Positions 8,594 through 17,156 of a stretch of 19,791 nt of DNA are shown here, piece by piece. The translations under genes and the position numbers were made by a program. This stretch comes from Candidatus Hodarchaeota archaeon (GTDB lineage: Archaea; Asgardarchaeota; Heimdallarchaeia; Hodarchaeales; Hodarchaeaceae), in NCBI GenBank assembly GCA_016839785.1, contig JAEOTQ010000108.1:1-19791 (forward strand). The letters run 5' to 3'. The notes under the pieces were generated by a model, which saw only the letters and a list, made by a program, of their open reading frames with translations, made no database searches and was not told the DNA's origin. Within the stretch, counting starts at the first letter, position 1, and the number at the start of each line of letters is the position of its first letter.

Positions 8594-9802
8594 ATGAAAT
8601 CAGTAAGACCAGCGAATTTAAATATTCTCACACTAGTCTTTACTTATTTTCTTTGGGGATTTGCTAACTTTATTTTCGCTATCCAGATCCAACCTTTCAT
8701 CATAGACATATATGGAGAAAGTGAGCAAGTAGCACAGCTTTTAGGAGCAATACTCTCTATTGGGAGTTTTTTTGCTGTAATACCGCTCTTATTTAGTTAT
8801 TTGTCAGATACTCATGGAAGAAAGAAATTCATCATTTTGGGGGAGTTTTTAAGCTTTATTGGATTAATCGGTTTATCTTTGGAAAACACACATCTTGTAC
8901 TAATGATAATTAGCATCATAATATTTAATGTTGGACTTGGGGTTCAAGATTCCCCTCTAAATGCACTAGTATATGAATCAACTGCGGAAAAAAATCGTGG
9001 ACTAGTTTACGCTATAATATATAATTCAGGATCAATAGCAGGAATTATTTCTTCAATCTTAATAGAAAAAAATACCACAAGTGAGAATTACATAACTTTT
9101 TTTCAGATAGGGACTGTATCTTTACTGGTGATTCTTGTAGTAAATGTCTTTCTTCTATCTGATATTAAGCCAAATATCTCTAGGGTAAATTTTTCAATTA
9201 AAAACATATTTACAACCCCTATTTCTCGTTTCACTGTAATTGCTTTTGTTATAGATTCTTTTGCTTGGGGATTACCTCTTTCAATCGCAAACGGAATTTT
9301 TATCTTGCTTTTCGATGTCGATGTCGGCTTTATCGCTACATTAATTCTATATCAATCGATCTCAATTGTTCTACTCCAATATCCTGCAGGTTTCTTAGTT
9401 GATAGATTGGGTAAAATCTTCGGGCTTATTATAGGAGAAATAACAGGAATTATGTTTATCATTTGTGTCCAACTTGCACTGATGAATCCCTTTGATGCTA
9501 AGTTCTTATTGTTGGTAGGAGAGTTAATTCTAGGTTTAAGTATCGCTTTTTGGAGACCGGCCGTTACCATAAGCTTGATAGAAGTGGATCCCTCTATTCC
9601 CTCCACTAATTTCGGTATGATGTCTTTCTTTCAGCGACTTGGGTCGGTTCCCACAGCGGCGATAGGAGGGTTCCTTTTCACAATTATTGGATTTGGTCCG
9701 CTTCTCCTCGTAACATTCGTTGGGACTTTAATTGCTATGTTCTTATTTTACAGAATTAATCACCTTGAAACACTAAATAAAAGTAAATTATCAGAGATAT
9801 GA
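8594..9802 (+). CDS. MFS transporter
   Basis: 402 aa with about 12 TM segments; motif A variants LSDTHGRKK and GFLVDRLGK in the two halves; NRG in the loop after TM4. Confidence 0.9.
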   Translation: MKSVRPANLNILTLVFTYFLWGFANFIFAIQIQPFIIDIYGESEQVAQLLGAILSIGSFFAVIPLLFSYLSDTHGRKKFIILGEFLSFIGLIGLSLENTHLVLMIISIIIFNVGLGVQDSPLNALVYESTAEKNRGLVYAIIYNSGSIAGIISSILIEKNTTSENYITFFQIGTVSLLVILVVNVFLLSDIKPNISRVNFSIKNIFTTPISRFTVIAFVIDSFAWGLPLSIANGIFILLFDVDVGFIATLILYQSISIVLLQYPAGFLVDRLGKIFGLIIGEITGIMFIICVQLALMNPFDAKFLLLVGELILGLSIAFWRPAVTISLIEVDPSIPSTNFGMMSFFQRLGSVPTAAIGGFLFTIIGFGPLLLVTFVGTLIAMFLFYRINHLETLNKSKLSEI

Positions 9803-9908
9803 GTTTCTTATGAAATCTGCCAAGCTAAATAGATAAGAATTTTGCTAAGGAGAATTAGGTGTTCGGAAGCACAATGTTTAATTAATTCTGGTATAATTGT
9901 TCCTCAGT

Positions 9909-10364
9909 ATGGAAATTAACCAACAGAAAGTAACCACTGTTCTAGTGGAGATCTACCACTTTCTAAGAAATGATCGAATTTTTCTATTTGCTATCATCAT
10001 TGTAAGCATTCTTACATTGGGGAATTTCTTCAACAAGGAATTTCTCGATTTTGAACCATTACAGTATTCTTTATTCTCTTATGATAAAATCCTACATCTA
10101 CTTTCGTCAGTTATTATTCTGCGAGTACTTTATTGCCTAATCTTACGTATTGATAATACATATACAAAAGAGCATCCACGACTGATTGCTTCCTTGCTTA
10201 CAATGGCACTTTATGGCTTTATCTGGGAACCGTTTGAACTCATGACTTTTTTAATTCAAGAATCAAGGTCAGACCAATTTTGGGCTGAAGTTTTTGATGT
10301 TCCATTGGATTGGGTATATGATTTGGCTGGAATTTTGTTGAGTAATTTTTTAGGTTATGATTAA
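9909..10364 (+). CDS. small VanZ/DUF2238-like membrane protein
   Basis: About 4 TM segments; YDKILH...IWEPFE...DVPLDWVYDLAG. ATG at 9909 preferred over TTG at 9897. Confidence 0.7.
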   Translation: MEINQQKVTTVLVEIYHFLRNDRIFLFAIIIVSILTLGNFFNKEFLDFEPLQYSLFSYDKILHLLSSVIILRVLYCLILRIDNTYTKEHPRLIASLLTMALYGFIWEPFELMTFLIQESRSDQFWAEVFDVPLDWVYDLAGILLSNFLGYD

Positions 10365-10462
10365 TTCTTTACAAGTATAGGAAGTCAAACTATTGGAAAA
10401 AAAAGCAGAAGAAAATAAGAAGAAATTCGAGAAATTCGTAGATTAAATTCGAGGTGGAAAAG

Positions 10463-10942
10463 ATGAATAGAACAAAGAATACTGAATTTTACAAACAGCA
10501 GATTGAGCTCGAACAAGAGATAATTCAAGCTGCAGAGGCTTCTGTGAAACGAGTAAAGAATATACTTGTCAAAGAATTGATACTGGGTATAAGTCAGGAC
10601 AGTAAAAAACATACGTCAATCCTAAAGGGAATAAGTGCACTTCGAGAGAAAAGTACTGAAGGGATTCGATTAATCTCGGAAGGTGAACGAGAAGAGCTGA
10701 AACAAAGTATAGAGACGCATATTGAATTGGAACAAAAAGCTATCGATACTTATCGTCTCTTGCTGGGTCAGATCACAGATATGCGTGAAAAAATGTTATT
10801 GAAGACTATTCTTAAGGATGAGCTTCGACATCATGTGTTGTTAAAATGGTTATATGACGTGATAATAAAAGACCTAACGTTAACTGAAGATGACATCTTT
10901 GATATGACCTGGAAAGATGCAATCTGGCAAGACGGGACTTGA
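10463..10942 (+). CDS. ferritin-like (rubrerythrin-related) four-helix bundle protein
   Basis: Two helical repeats: IELE...DSKKH and HIELE..AI..Y...DELRHH. GAGGTG RBS 6 nt before ATG 10463. Confidence 0.8.
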   Translation: MNRTKNTEFYKQQIELEQEIIQAAEASVKRVKNILVKELILGISQDSKKHTSILKGISALREKSTEGIRLISEGEREELKQSIETHIELEQKAIDTYRLLLGQITDMREKMLLKTILKDELRHHVLLKWLYDVIIKDLTLTEDDIFDMTWKDAIWQDGT

Positions 10943-11038
10943 TTCCCCAAAATTCTCTACGTTATTCCAAATGAAATTGATTTGAAAATATTATTTGGTG
11001 TTTGTTTATCACCATTGGAATAATAGAAGAAGCTTATT

Positions 11039-11497
11039 ATGAATGAAATTCGAGATGTTCTACATATTGTCCCAATAATGCGATTTGTGGTGGAATCCAC
11101 AACCTGGATTTGGTTACTACTTATTGGAATAGAAACATTTGGTTTTCCCGTTATTAATTCTAAAAATCGTATGATTTTTGATTCATGGGTATTTTTAGGA
11201 TTCCTTTTGCTGAGTTTATTCTTATTAAGCCAGTTTAATTTTCCAGGTGACAAAAAACCTCATGGAAAAATGGTTGCAGGTTGGCAACGTATAACTGTGG
11301 AAATATTCTCTGCTACTCTTGGAATTTTTGCAGCATGGGTAATTTTTGGAGTTTTAGGTGCCATATTTCAGACTGCTGTATCTGTACTCTCATTTATCCT
11401 TGACAGAGAGAGATGGAAATGGTTTCTGGGTTACCGTGAGGGTCCACCAAATTTTGTACTTGCGTTGGGAAATTTTCCGCAAGAAAACTCAGAGTAA
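11039..11497 (+). CDS. membrane protein, YrdB/DUF2568-like
   Basis: About 4 TM segments; MRFVVE at the N-terminus and F.FPGD...V.GW.RI.VE internally resemble my recollection of the DUF2568 pattern (no search run). Confidence 0.55.
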   Translation: MNEIRDVLHIVPIMRFVVESTTWIWLLLIGIETFGFPVINSKNRMIFDSWVFLGFLLLSLFLLSQFNFPGDKKPHGKMVAGWQRITVEIFSATLGIFAAWVIFGVLGAIFQTAVSVLSFILDRERWKWFLGYREGPPNFVLALGNFPQENSE

Positions 11498-11519
11498 AAT
11501 TTGTTTACCGATGTGAACA

Positions 11520-11528
11520 TTTTTATAA
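11520..11528 (+). promoter_or_regulatory. putative TATA box of the first ABC operon
   Basis: GAACA followed by TTTTTATAA in the intergenic gap. Confidence 0.4.
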
Positions 11529-11637
11529 TAGGGTGATTCTTGAAGAATTATTATCGTACTTAATTTCTAACTTCACCTAATAACTTGAAATTTTGTCGAA
11601 CACAATTTACTACCTTGATGAGTTGACTAAGGTGGAA

Positions 11638-12582
11638 TTGAATAATAATTTCGTCATAGAATTAGAAAATTTGACCAAATATTATGGAAAATATCGTGGT
11701 ATTGAAAATTTGAGTCTTCAAATTAAAAAGGGGACAATTTATGGATTTTTAGGGCCCAACGGTGCAGGAAAGACTACCACTCTTCGTTGTTTACTTGGAA
11801 TCTTACATCCGAATAGTGGGAACATTTCGGTTTTTGGAGAAAAGATAGATCGTTGGGAGGCAAATATCGATTTAAAAGAGAAAATTGGCTATTTACCAGG
11901 AGAATTCGAACTATATCGTCATTTTACCGTAAAACAAATTCTAGATTATTTTGAATCACTACGAAAGCGACCTGCAGTATTAAGAGAAAAACTTATCACA
12001 GAGTTAGATTTAGATGAGTCCAGATCAGTTTCTCAGTTGAGTAAAGGAAATAAACAGAAGGTAGGATTAGTTCAGGCTCTGATGCATAATCCAGACTTAG
12101 TAATTCTAGATGAACCAACATCAGGCCTTGACCCGCTTATTCAACATCGATTATATTTAATTCTAAAAGAGCTCAGAAAGAGTGGGAGGACGATTTTCTT
12201 CAGTAGTCATAATTTATCAGAGGTTCAGAAAATTGCAGATGAAGTCGCAATAATTAAAGATGGTTTCTTGGTTAGTCATGATCGAATCGCCGATCTGAGT
12301 TTAAAAGTTCAACAAAAATTGAATATTACAACCAAGATTCCTATCCCGGCTACTATATGTGAATCACCCCTTATTAATCGATATGATCAAATTTATAGTA
12401 TGAATGGAGACCATCGTTATCAAATTTGGTTACACCGTCAGAATCAGAATCTGAGTAAAGTTTTTGGATTATTAGAAGAGTTCCAGCTTCTTGACGTGGC
12501 CCTTCCAGAGTCAAGTGTGGAGGAATACTTCATTCAGTATTATTCCGAAAATAAGGAGGAACATAGGGATGTGGATAAGTAG
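11638..12582 (+). CDS. ABC-2 type exporter ATP-binding protein
   Basis: Walker A GPNGAGKTT, signature variant LSKGNKQK, Walker B VILDEPTSGLDP, H-loop SSH. TTG at 11638 follows AAGGTGG (track start 11593). Confidence 0.93.
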   Translation: MNNNFVIELENLTKYYGKYRGIENLSLQIKKGTIYGFLGPNGAGKTTTLRCLLGILHPNSGNISVFGEKIDRWEANIDLKEKIGYLPGEFELYRHFTVKQILDYFESLRKRPAVLREKLITELDLDESRSVSQLSKGNKQKVGLVQALMHNPDLVILDEPTSGLDPLIQHRLYLILKELRKSGRTIFFSSHNLSEVQKIADEVAIIKDGFLVSHDRIADLSLKVQQKLNITTKIPIPATICESPLINRYDQIYSMNGDHRYQIWLHRQNQNLSKVFGLLEEFQLLDVALPESSVEEYFIQYYSENKEEHRDVDK

Positions 12583-14284
12583 CTTCAAACTAATATGGCG
12601 ACAAACCAAATATACTTATCTATTGCTATTGTTTATTGGGGTCGCAGGATCTTGGCTCTGTTATTTCACTTATCCAGGTGAAGAAGGAGTACGTGGATTT
12701 CTAGGTATGGAAGACACCCCTTTTATGGAAATCTTTTTTGGAGATATTCTTGATAGTTTAAATTCAGGTGATCCCGGCTTGTACCTCTATTTTGTTTTGC
12801 TCTATTTTATGGCCTATGCTGCCATTCTTTTTCCATTCATAGGATTATGGTTAGGCGGAGCAGGAATAAGTGAGGAGATCCAATCGTCAATGTCTGACAT
12901 CTTTTTTGCTAGTCCCCAGAAAAAACATAATTTACTCCATCGTCACTTGATTATTCATGCTATTCTTTTGACTCTGGTGGTTAGTGTTCTTTATATTCAG
13001 ATTCACATCTTCTTCGAATTAACAGGAAGCTCATTTAATTATTCCAGGATATTAAATGCTTTTGCCATCCTTTGGGTGTCTTCTATTTTCTTCTTTTCAA
13101 TTTCATTTTTAATTAGTACATTAACAGTACGGAATGACATCGGTCGTGGGGTGGCTGGTCTTGTATTATTAGGTGGTTATTTAATTCAGATGTTGATCAG
13201 TTTTAATCCCTCCTTGTCTGATCTGAAATATCTTAATCCGCTATTTTATACTGAAACGACTTCTTCTTTATTACTAGGAGATCCAATTCAGAGTGAGATT
13301 ATCATACCTTTAGTTATTAGTATAAGTTTTCTTGCGCTAACAGTGATTATCTTTAGAATAAGAGATCCTTTACCACTTGATCTTAATATAAAAAGAAGAT
13401 TTAGGAATAAAATCGGCAATGAAAATAAATTTAAATCTGAAACAAAAGATGGAATCATTTATACTCTTTTAAAACGAATTTCTCCTATAACCGCAGAACA
13501 ATGGGCCGCAGATAAATTAATATTTCTCATATTCTTTGGTCTTAGTATATTTTCGATTCTTTCAATTATTGGGGGATTTCCACAAGGAGAAGAAGGAATG
13601 AATCAGCTTGTAACCCTTTACCAAAATAATCCGATTGCGAAATCAATTATGCGCGATCATAATGATCTCATCACCTCGGATTCATTAGGTGCAATATATC
13701 CACAATTCTATGGATATTCGTGGATTTACTTCTTCTTCTTGGTTATAATTGCTGCAGGTCGTATAATAACGCGCGATCTTGATGGTAAAACTCTGGATTT
13801 AATCATGGGCTGTCCTATAAATTCCCAAAGAAAAATTTTTTATCGTGTGATAGCAATAATCTTGCAAGTAACTTTTATTGCAGCCTTTATGATAATCTCA
13901 TTGATTGGGGGTGAAATCATCTTAGGAATTCAATCTAAAATCCCTGAACAGCTTCTAGCGATTCTTGTGATTTCATTTGTATACCTTAGTCTTCTTACCT
14001 GTATGATTGCAATTGGAATTGCCATTCCTAAACCGCGTTTCCGAAAACCTGTAATTTATGGCTTTGCAGGAATAACAATTATCTTCTCGATACTTCCCTA
14101 TTTTAGTAAAGATCTGCTTCTCCTACAATACTTCTCCCTCTTATATTACTTAGACTTGGTAGGTTTAGTCGCCTATAGCTATTCTTTCGAATATCTTAAC
14201 CATTTATTTGTTCTAGTAGGAGTATTTGCAATTTCAGTGTTGTTTATTTGGAATAGGAGCGAGAAAAGTATTCACGCATGGTAA
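12569..14284 (+). CDS. ABC-2 type exporter permease with two fused permease domains
   Basis: About 12 TM segments in two repeats with coupling-helix motifs EEIQSSMSDIFFASP and RDLDGKTLDLIMGCP. ATG 12569 overlaps the end of the ATPase gene. Confidence 0.88.
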   Translation: MWISSFKLIWRQTKYTYLLLLFIGVAGSWLCYFTYPGEEGVRGFLGMEDTPFMEIFFGDILDSLNSGDPGLYLYFVLLYFMAYAAILFPFIGLWLGGAGISEEIQSSMSDIFFASPQKKHNLLHRHLIIHAILLTLVVSVLYIQIHIFFELTGSSFNYSRILNAFAILWVSSIFFFSISFLISTLTVRNDIGRGVAGLVLLGGYLIQMLISFNPSLSDLKYLNPLFYTETTSSLLLGDPIQSEIIIPLVISISFLALTVIIFRIRDPLPLDLNIKRRFRNKIGNENKFKSETKDGIIYTLLKRISPITAEQWAADKLIFLIFFGLSIFSILSIIGGFPQGEEGMNQLVTLYQNNPIAKSIMRDHNDLITSDSLGAIYPQFYGYSWIYFFFLVIIAAGRIITRDLDGKTLDLIMGCPINSQRKIFYRVIAIILQVTFIAAFMIISLIGGEIILGIQSKIPEQLLAILVISFVYLSLLTCMIAIGIAIPKPRFRKPVIYGFAGITIIFSILPYFSKDLLLLQYFSLLYYLDLVGLVAYSYSFEYLNHLFVLVGVFAISVLFIWNRSEKSIHAW

Positions 14285-14288
14285 TTGT

Positions 14289-14314
14289 GGGAATTCTTCG
14301 CTATGACAATTCCC
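14289..14314 (+). repeat. 7-bp inverted repeat just after the permease stop
   Basis: GGGAATT-N12-AATTCCC, with no U-tract after it. Confidence 0.4.
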
Positions 14315-14392
14315 TAAAATAACACTACGCTTAAACATGACAATAAAATAGATAGGGTATACTATTAGTAGAGTTTATATGTAGGTATTAAT

Positions 14393-14980
14393 ATGCAAAA
14401 GCATCTCCGGACGTATAACCATCCTTCTAAGTTCTTTAAAAAACGAACTTATACATTTAGAACTTTTATCACGGATATCATAAAAACGATGAAGCATCGA
14501 GAGTATATTCGTGATGCTCATCGATCTCAGCGTATTTCAAAGCAATTTAGTGAGCATATCATGTTGGTTGTGACTGGAATTAATGGTTGTATTTACTGTG
14601 AGTGGGGGCATACCAGTTTCGCTCTTCAAGCAGGAAGTACTTTGAAGGAAGTAAAAGCATTATTATCTCAACAATTCGGTGAGTTTCCCCCTGACGAGGA
14701 ATTAGCGTTAACTTTTGCCCAACATTATGCTGAATCTGCAGGACAGCCCTCTAAAGAAGCCATTCGAAGGTTACTGGAGCACTATGGTTTAGAGAAAGGA
14801 CGAGATATCTTAGTGTTTTGTGAAATGATAACACTCGGGAATTTGCTGGGTAATTCGATATCTGCGTTTTTTAGCAGATTAGACGGTATTCCTCCTGAAC
14901 ATGGATCCTTTCTCTTTGAATTAACAGTTTTTCTGTTCGGAGGATTCCTTTTCGATCGGTATATGAATCAAGGCAGATAA
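14393..14980 (+). CDS. AhpD-like / carboxymuconolactone decarboxylase family protein
   Basis: EHIMLVVTGINGCIYCEWGH matches the AhpD core E-x6-8-N-x-C-x-Y-C-x3-H; EELALTFAQHYAE in the second half. Confidence 0.85.
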   Translation: MQKHLRTYNHPSKFFKKRTYTFRTFITDIIKTMKHREYIRDAHRSQRISKQFSEHIMLVVTGINGCIYCEWGHTSFALQAGSTLKEVKALLSQQFGEFPPDEELALTFAQHYAESAGQPSKEAIRRLLEHYGLEKGRDILVFCEMITLGNLLGNSISAFFSRLDGIPPEHGSFLFELTVFLFGGFLFDRYMNQGR

Positions 14981-14984
14981 AATT

Positions 14985-15010
14985 AAAAAAAAAGGAAAAA
15001 GGGGAAAAGA
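14985..15010 (-). terminator. oligo-T tract, candidate archaeal-type terminator
   Basis: The minus strand reads TCTTTTCCCCTTTTTCCTTTTTTTTT immediately after the stop at 15013. Confidence 0.5.
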
Positions 15011-15012
15011 GA

Positions 15013-15312
15013 TTATTGCCTGAAATGGTTTATGACTTTCATGGGTTCAATCGTGATTAAAAAGACTAAATATGCAATCAATTGTAACCATAAATCCAGC
15101 CCACCGAAATCTTGGAACAAATCTGGATCAGTTAGTGAATTCAAAAAGACCACAAGCATTGCTAACGTCAGTAACAAGAAAGCTATGCCAATAACAAGAT
15201 CACTCTGTATTTTTTCCATTTTCACATATTTATAGAGGGCAAAAACCGCTATAACAACAGTTAATATAATGATCAACAATGGTATAAAATCAATTAATGG
15301 TAAATCTGCCAT
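15013..15312 (-). CDS. small hypothetical membrane protein (3 TM)
   Basis: Three hydrophobic helices. GAGGTG RBS upstream of ATG 15312 (MADLPL...). Confidence 0.7.
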   Translation of the reverse strand: MADLPLIDFIPLLIIILTVVIAVFALYKYVKMEKIQSDLVIGIAFLLLTLAMLVVFLNSLTDPDLFQDFGGLDLWLQLIAYLVFLITIEPMKVINHFRQ

Positions 15313-15513
15313 TTTATCTAGACACCTCAATTATATTCTAAAAGAGTCAGAAATGATCTGGTTTTTTTAAGAATAAATAATTTATCCCATTAACGGATGA
15401 TTAATGCACTTCTCCGATGATTCCGACATGTTCATTCTTATAAATAGTAAGAGAGAATGTAGATTTATTTCAATTTCTAATGTAAGAAGAATAACAATGA
15501 TGGGTAAAACAAA

Positions 15514-15882
15514 ATGACTAATGAACCAAAGATAGAATCCGTACGAAGTGTCCTTTTGACCAAAGCGGTACAGGTTCTCGTATTAGCATTTTTAAGTATA
15601 ATTCTATCTGTTTTTTTGGCATTATTATTGGGAGATGGATCTATTATCGAATCAACAATTTCTTTTATAGCAATTCTTGGATTTGTGGAAGTAGCAATAG
15701 GAGCGATATTTTCACTTGGCGTGAGTGAAGTGACATATGCATCCAGAGCTGGACTTAATCCTGTTTATGGAGAAACTATAACTAGAGATCGATTACGCTA
15801 CCATACTACTCAGATATTGAATGGCATTAATTTAATTTTTGCTGGTATCCTCCTTATGCTTCTAGGGACCTTTTTGAGTTGA
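15514..15882 (+). CDS. hypothetical membrane protein (3 TM)
   Basis: Two N-terminal helices, a polar loop and a C-terminal helix. ATG start; TTATAAAT at 15438-15445 upstream. Confidence 0.7.
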   Translation: MTNEPKIESVRSVLLTKAVQVLVLAFLSIILSVFLALLLGDGSIIESTISFIAILGFVEVAIGAIFSLGVSEVTYASRAGLNPVYGETITRDRLRYHTTQILNGINLIFAGILLMLLGTFLS

Positions 15883-15983
15883 AATTAAGCGGAGTTTCTT
15901 CCTCAATCGAAAACCATATATAAGATATTGGTAACTATATACCCAGAGTTTGGGAACATCAACTCTAGAAGGTTACGATCTGA

Positions 15984-16451
15984 GTGACTGAAAAAACACG
16001 AAACGTCCTTTCAAGTGACGAAACGGCAGTATTTACCGCAATGGATGCTGGTTTAAGTCCTAAGGAAATTAGCGTGAAACTATCTAAAGAAGACGGATAC
16101 ATTCGCAAAACACAGTCACGAATTCGTAAAAAAATTGACAAAGAACTTAAAAGGGCTGCAAATATGCTTCGCTTGCAATTTTCTGATAATGATATTATGC
16201 GAGATCAAGGAATTCTCAAATGTTTTGACTGGGTGAATAATACCTACGTTTTTCTGGTGTTTACTCCCATGATGGGTATTCTTGCATATTATACTCACGA
16301 TTGCTCAAACAATTGCGAAGATACATGTAAGGAAACACTTGATCTAATTCGTTCAGAGCGAGGAGTTCGAGTTAATGACAAGATTCGATCGTTACCAAAC
16401 AAAATTCAATACGAACATGTCTTTGAGGCAATACGTAAGCAAAAGGGTTAA
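15984..16451 (+). CDS. putative transcriptional regulator: N-terminal LuxR/sigma70-r4-like HTH + C-terminal His/Cys cluster
   Basis: LSSDETAVF.AM..GLSPKEIS.KL....YI.....RIRKKI fits GerE-type HTH spacing; HDCSNNCEDTC lies in the C-terminal half. Confidence 0.65.
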   Translation: MTEKTRNVLSSDETAVFTAMDAGLSPKEISVKLSKEDGYIRKTQSRIRKKIDKELKRAANMLRLQFSDNDIMRDQGILKCFDWVNNTYVFLVFTPMMGILAYYTHDCSNNCEDTCKETLDLIRSERGVRVNDKIRSLPNKIQYEHVFEAIRKQKG

Positions 16452-16454
16452 AAC

Positions 16455-17156
16455 ATGACAATTCAGACTCAAATAACGTTAATTAAAGGAGATGGAACTT
16501 ATCCTCCTCCCAAAACGCGTCGGATCTATCCTACCAACTCACTTCTTTGGAAGTACTATCTAAAGAGTTTCATAATATGGTCTGCAGCCATGGGAGCGAT
16601 AATCCTGATAATTATGTTTTTTAACTTCGTGGCTGATTTTGACAATGAATTTGTTTTCTTTCGTGATCCAGAATTTCAGTTACTCATCTTAACTGTTGCA
16701 TTTGTTTGTTCATTGATTGTCATGCCTGTTGTTTTAGTATTATTAACTCTATACGTCCGAAATATGGAATTCATTGTTCATGGGGATGAAGTTATTGTAA
16801 AAAAAGGAATTATCAATAAGACCGTAAAATATTGCCCATTTAGAACAATTACCAATATTTCTACTCATGTGGGAGTATTTGATAGACTTTTCAAGATTGG
16901 CTGTATAAATATTCAAACAGCAGGGAGTGGTGGAATGACAGGAGCTCCTGAAGAAAAGCTAGAAGGATTGAAAGTATATTCTGAGATAAGAGAATATATT
17001 GTTCTCCAACTACGATATTTTACTCATACTCCCACAGTCTTACCTAAGCATGATTTAGATGAACCCAAGGGCCTGTTTCAAAAGAATATATTAACAGAAT
17101 TGAAAGAAATAAAGAAAGAATTTACAAAAATAAAGAGAAGTGACATAAATGAATGA
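16455..17156 (+). CDS. membrane-anchored bacterial PH domain (bPH_2, YdbS-like) protein
   Basis: 2 TM segments then V.VKKGII......PFRTITNI....G.FDR.F.IG.I.IQTAG. Starts 3 nt after the regulator stop. Confidence 0.85.
   Translation: MTIQTQITLIKGDGTYPPPKTRRIYPTNSLLWKYYLKSFIIWSAAMGAIILIIMFFNFVADFDNEFVFFRDPEFQLLILTVAFVCSLIVMPVVLVLLTLYVRNMEFIVHGDEVIVKKGIINKTVKYCPFRTITNISTHVGVFDRLFKIGCINIQTAGSGGMTGAPEEKLEGLKVYSEIREYIVLQLRYFTHTPTVLPKHDLDEPKGLFQKNILTELKEIKKEFTKIKRSDINE

Noticed and set aside
10940-11023. Possible readthrough of the ferritin-like gene's TGA into a short open extension
   Set aside because: The extension has no recognisable motif and the protein already appears complete.
9352-11253. 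Minus-strand ORFs 9352-9606, 10385-10612 and 10957-11253
   Set aside because: Antisense to better-supported plus-strand genes, with no independent evidence.
5439-11524. Shared TGT(A/G)AACATTTTT upstream of the LEA gene (~5439) and the ABC operon (~11512)
   Set aside because: Only two copies, AT-rich, and explainable as core BRE/TATA sequence rather than a specific regulon motif.
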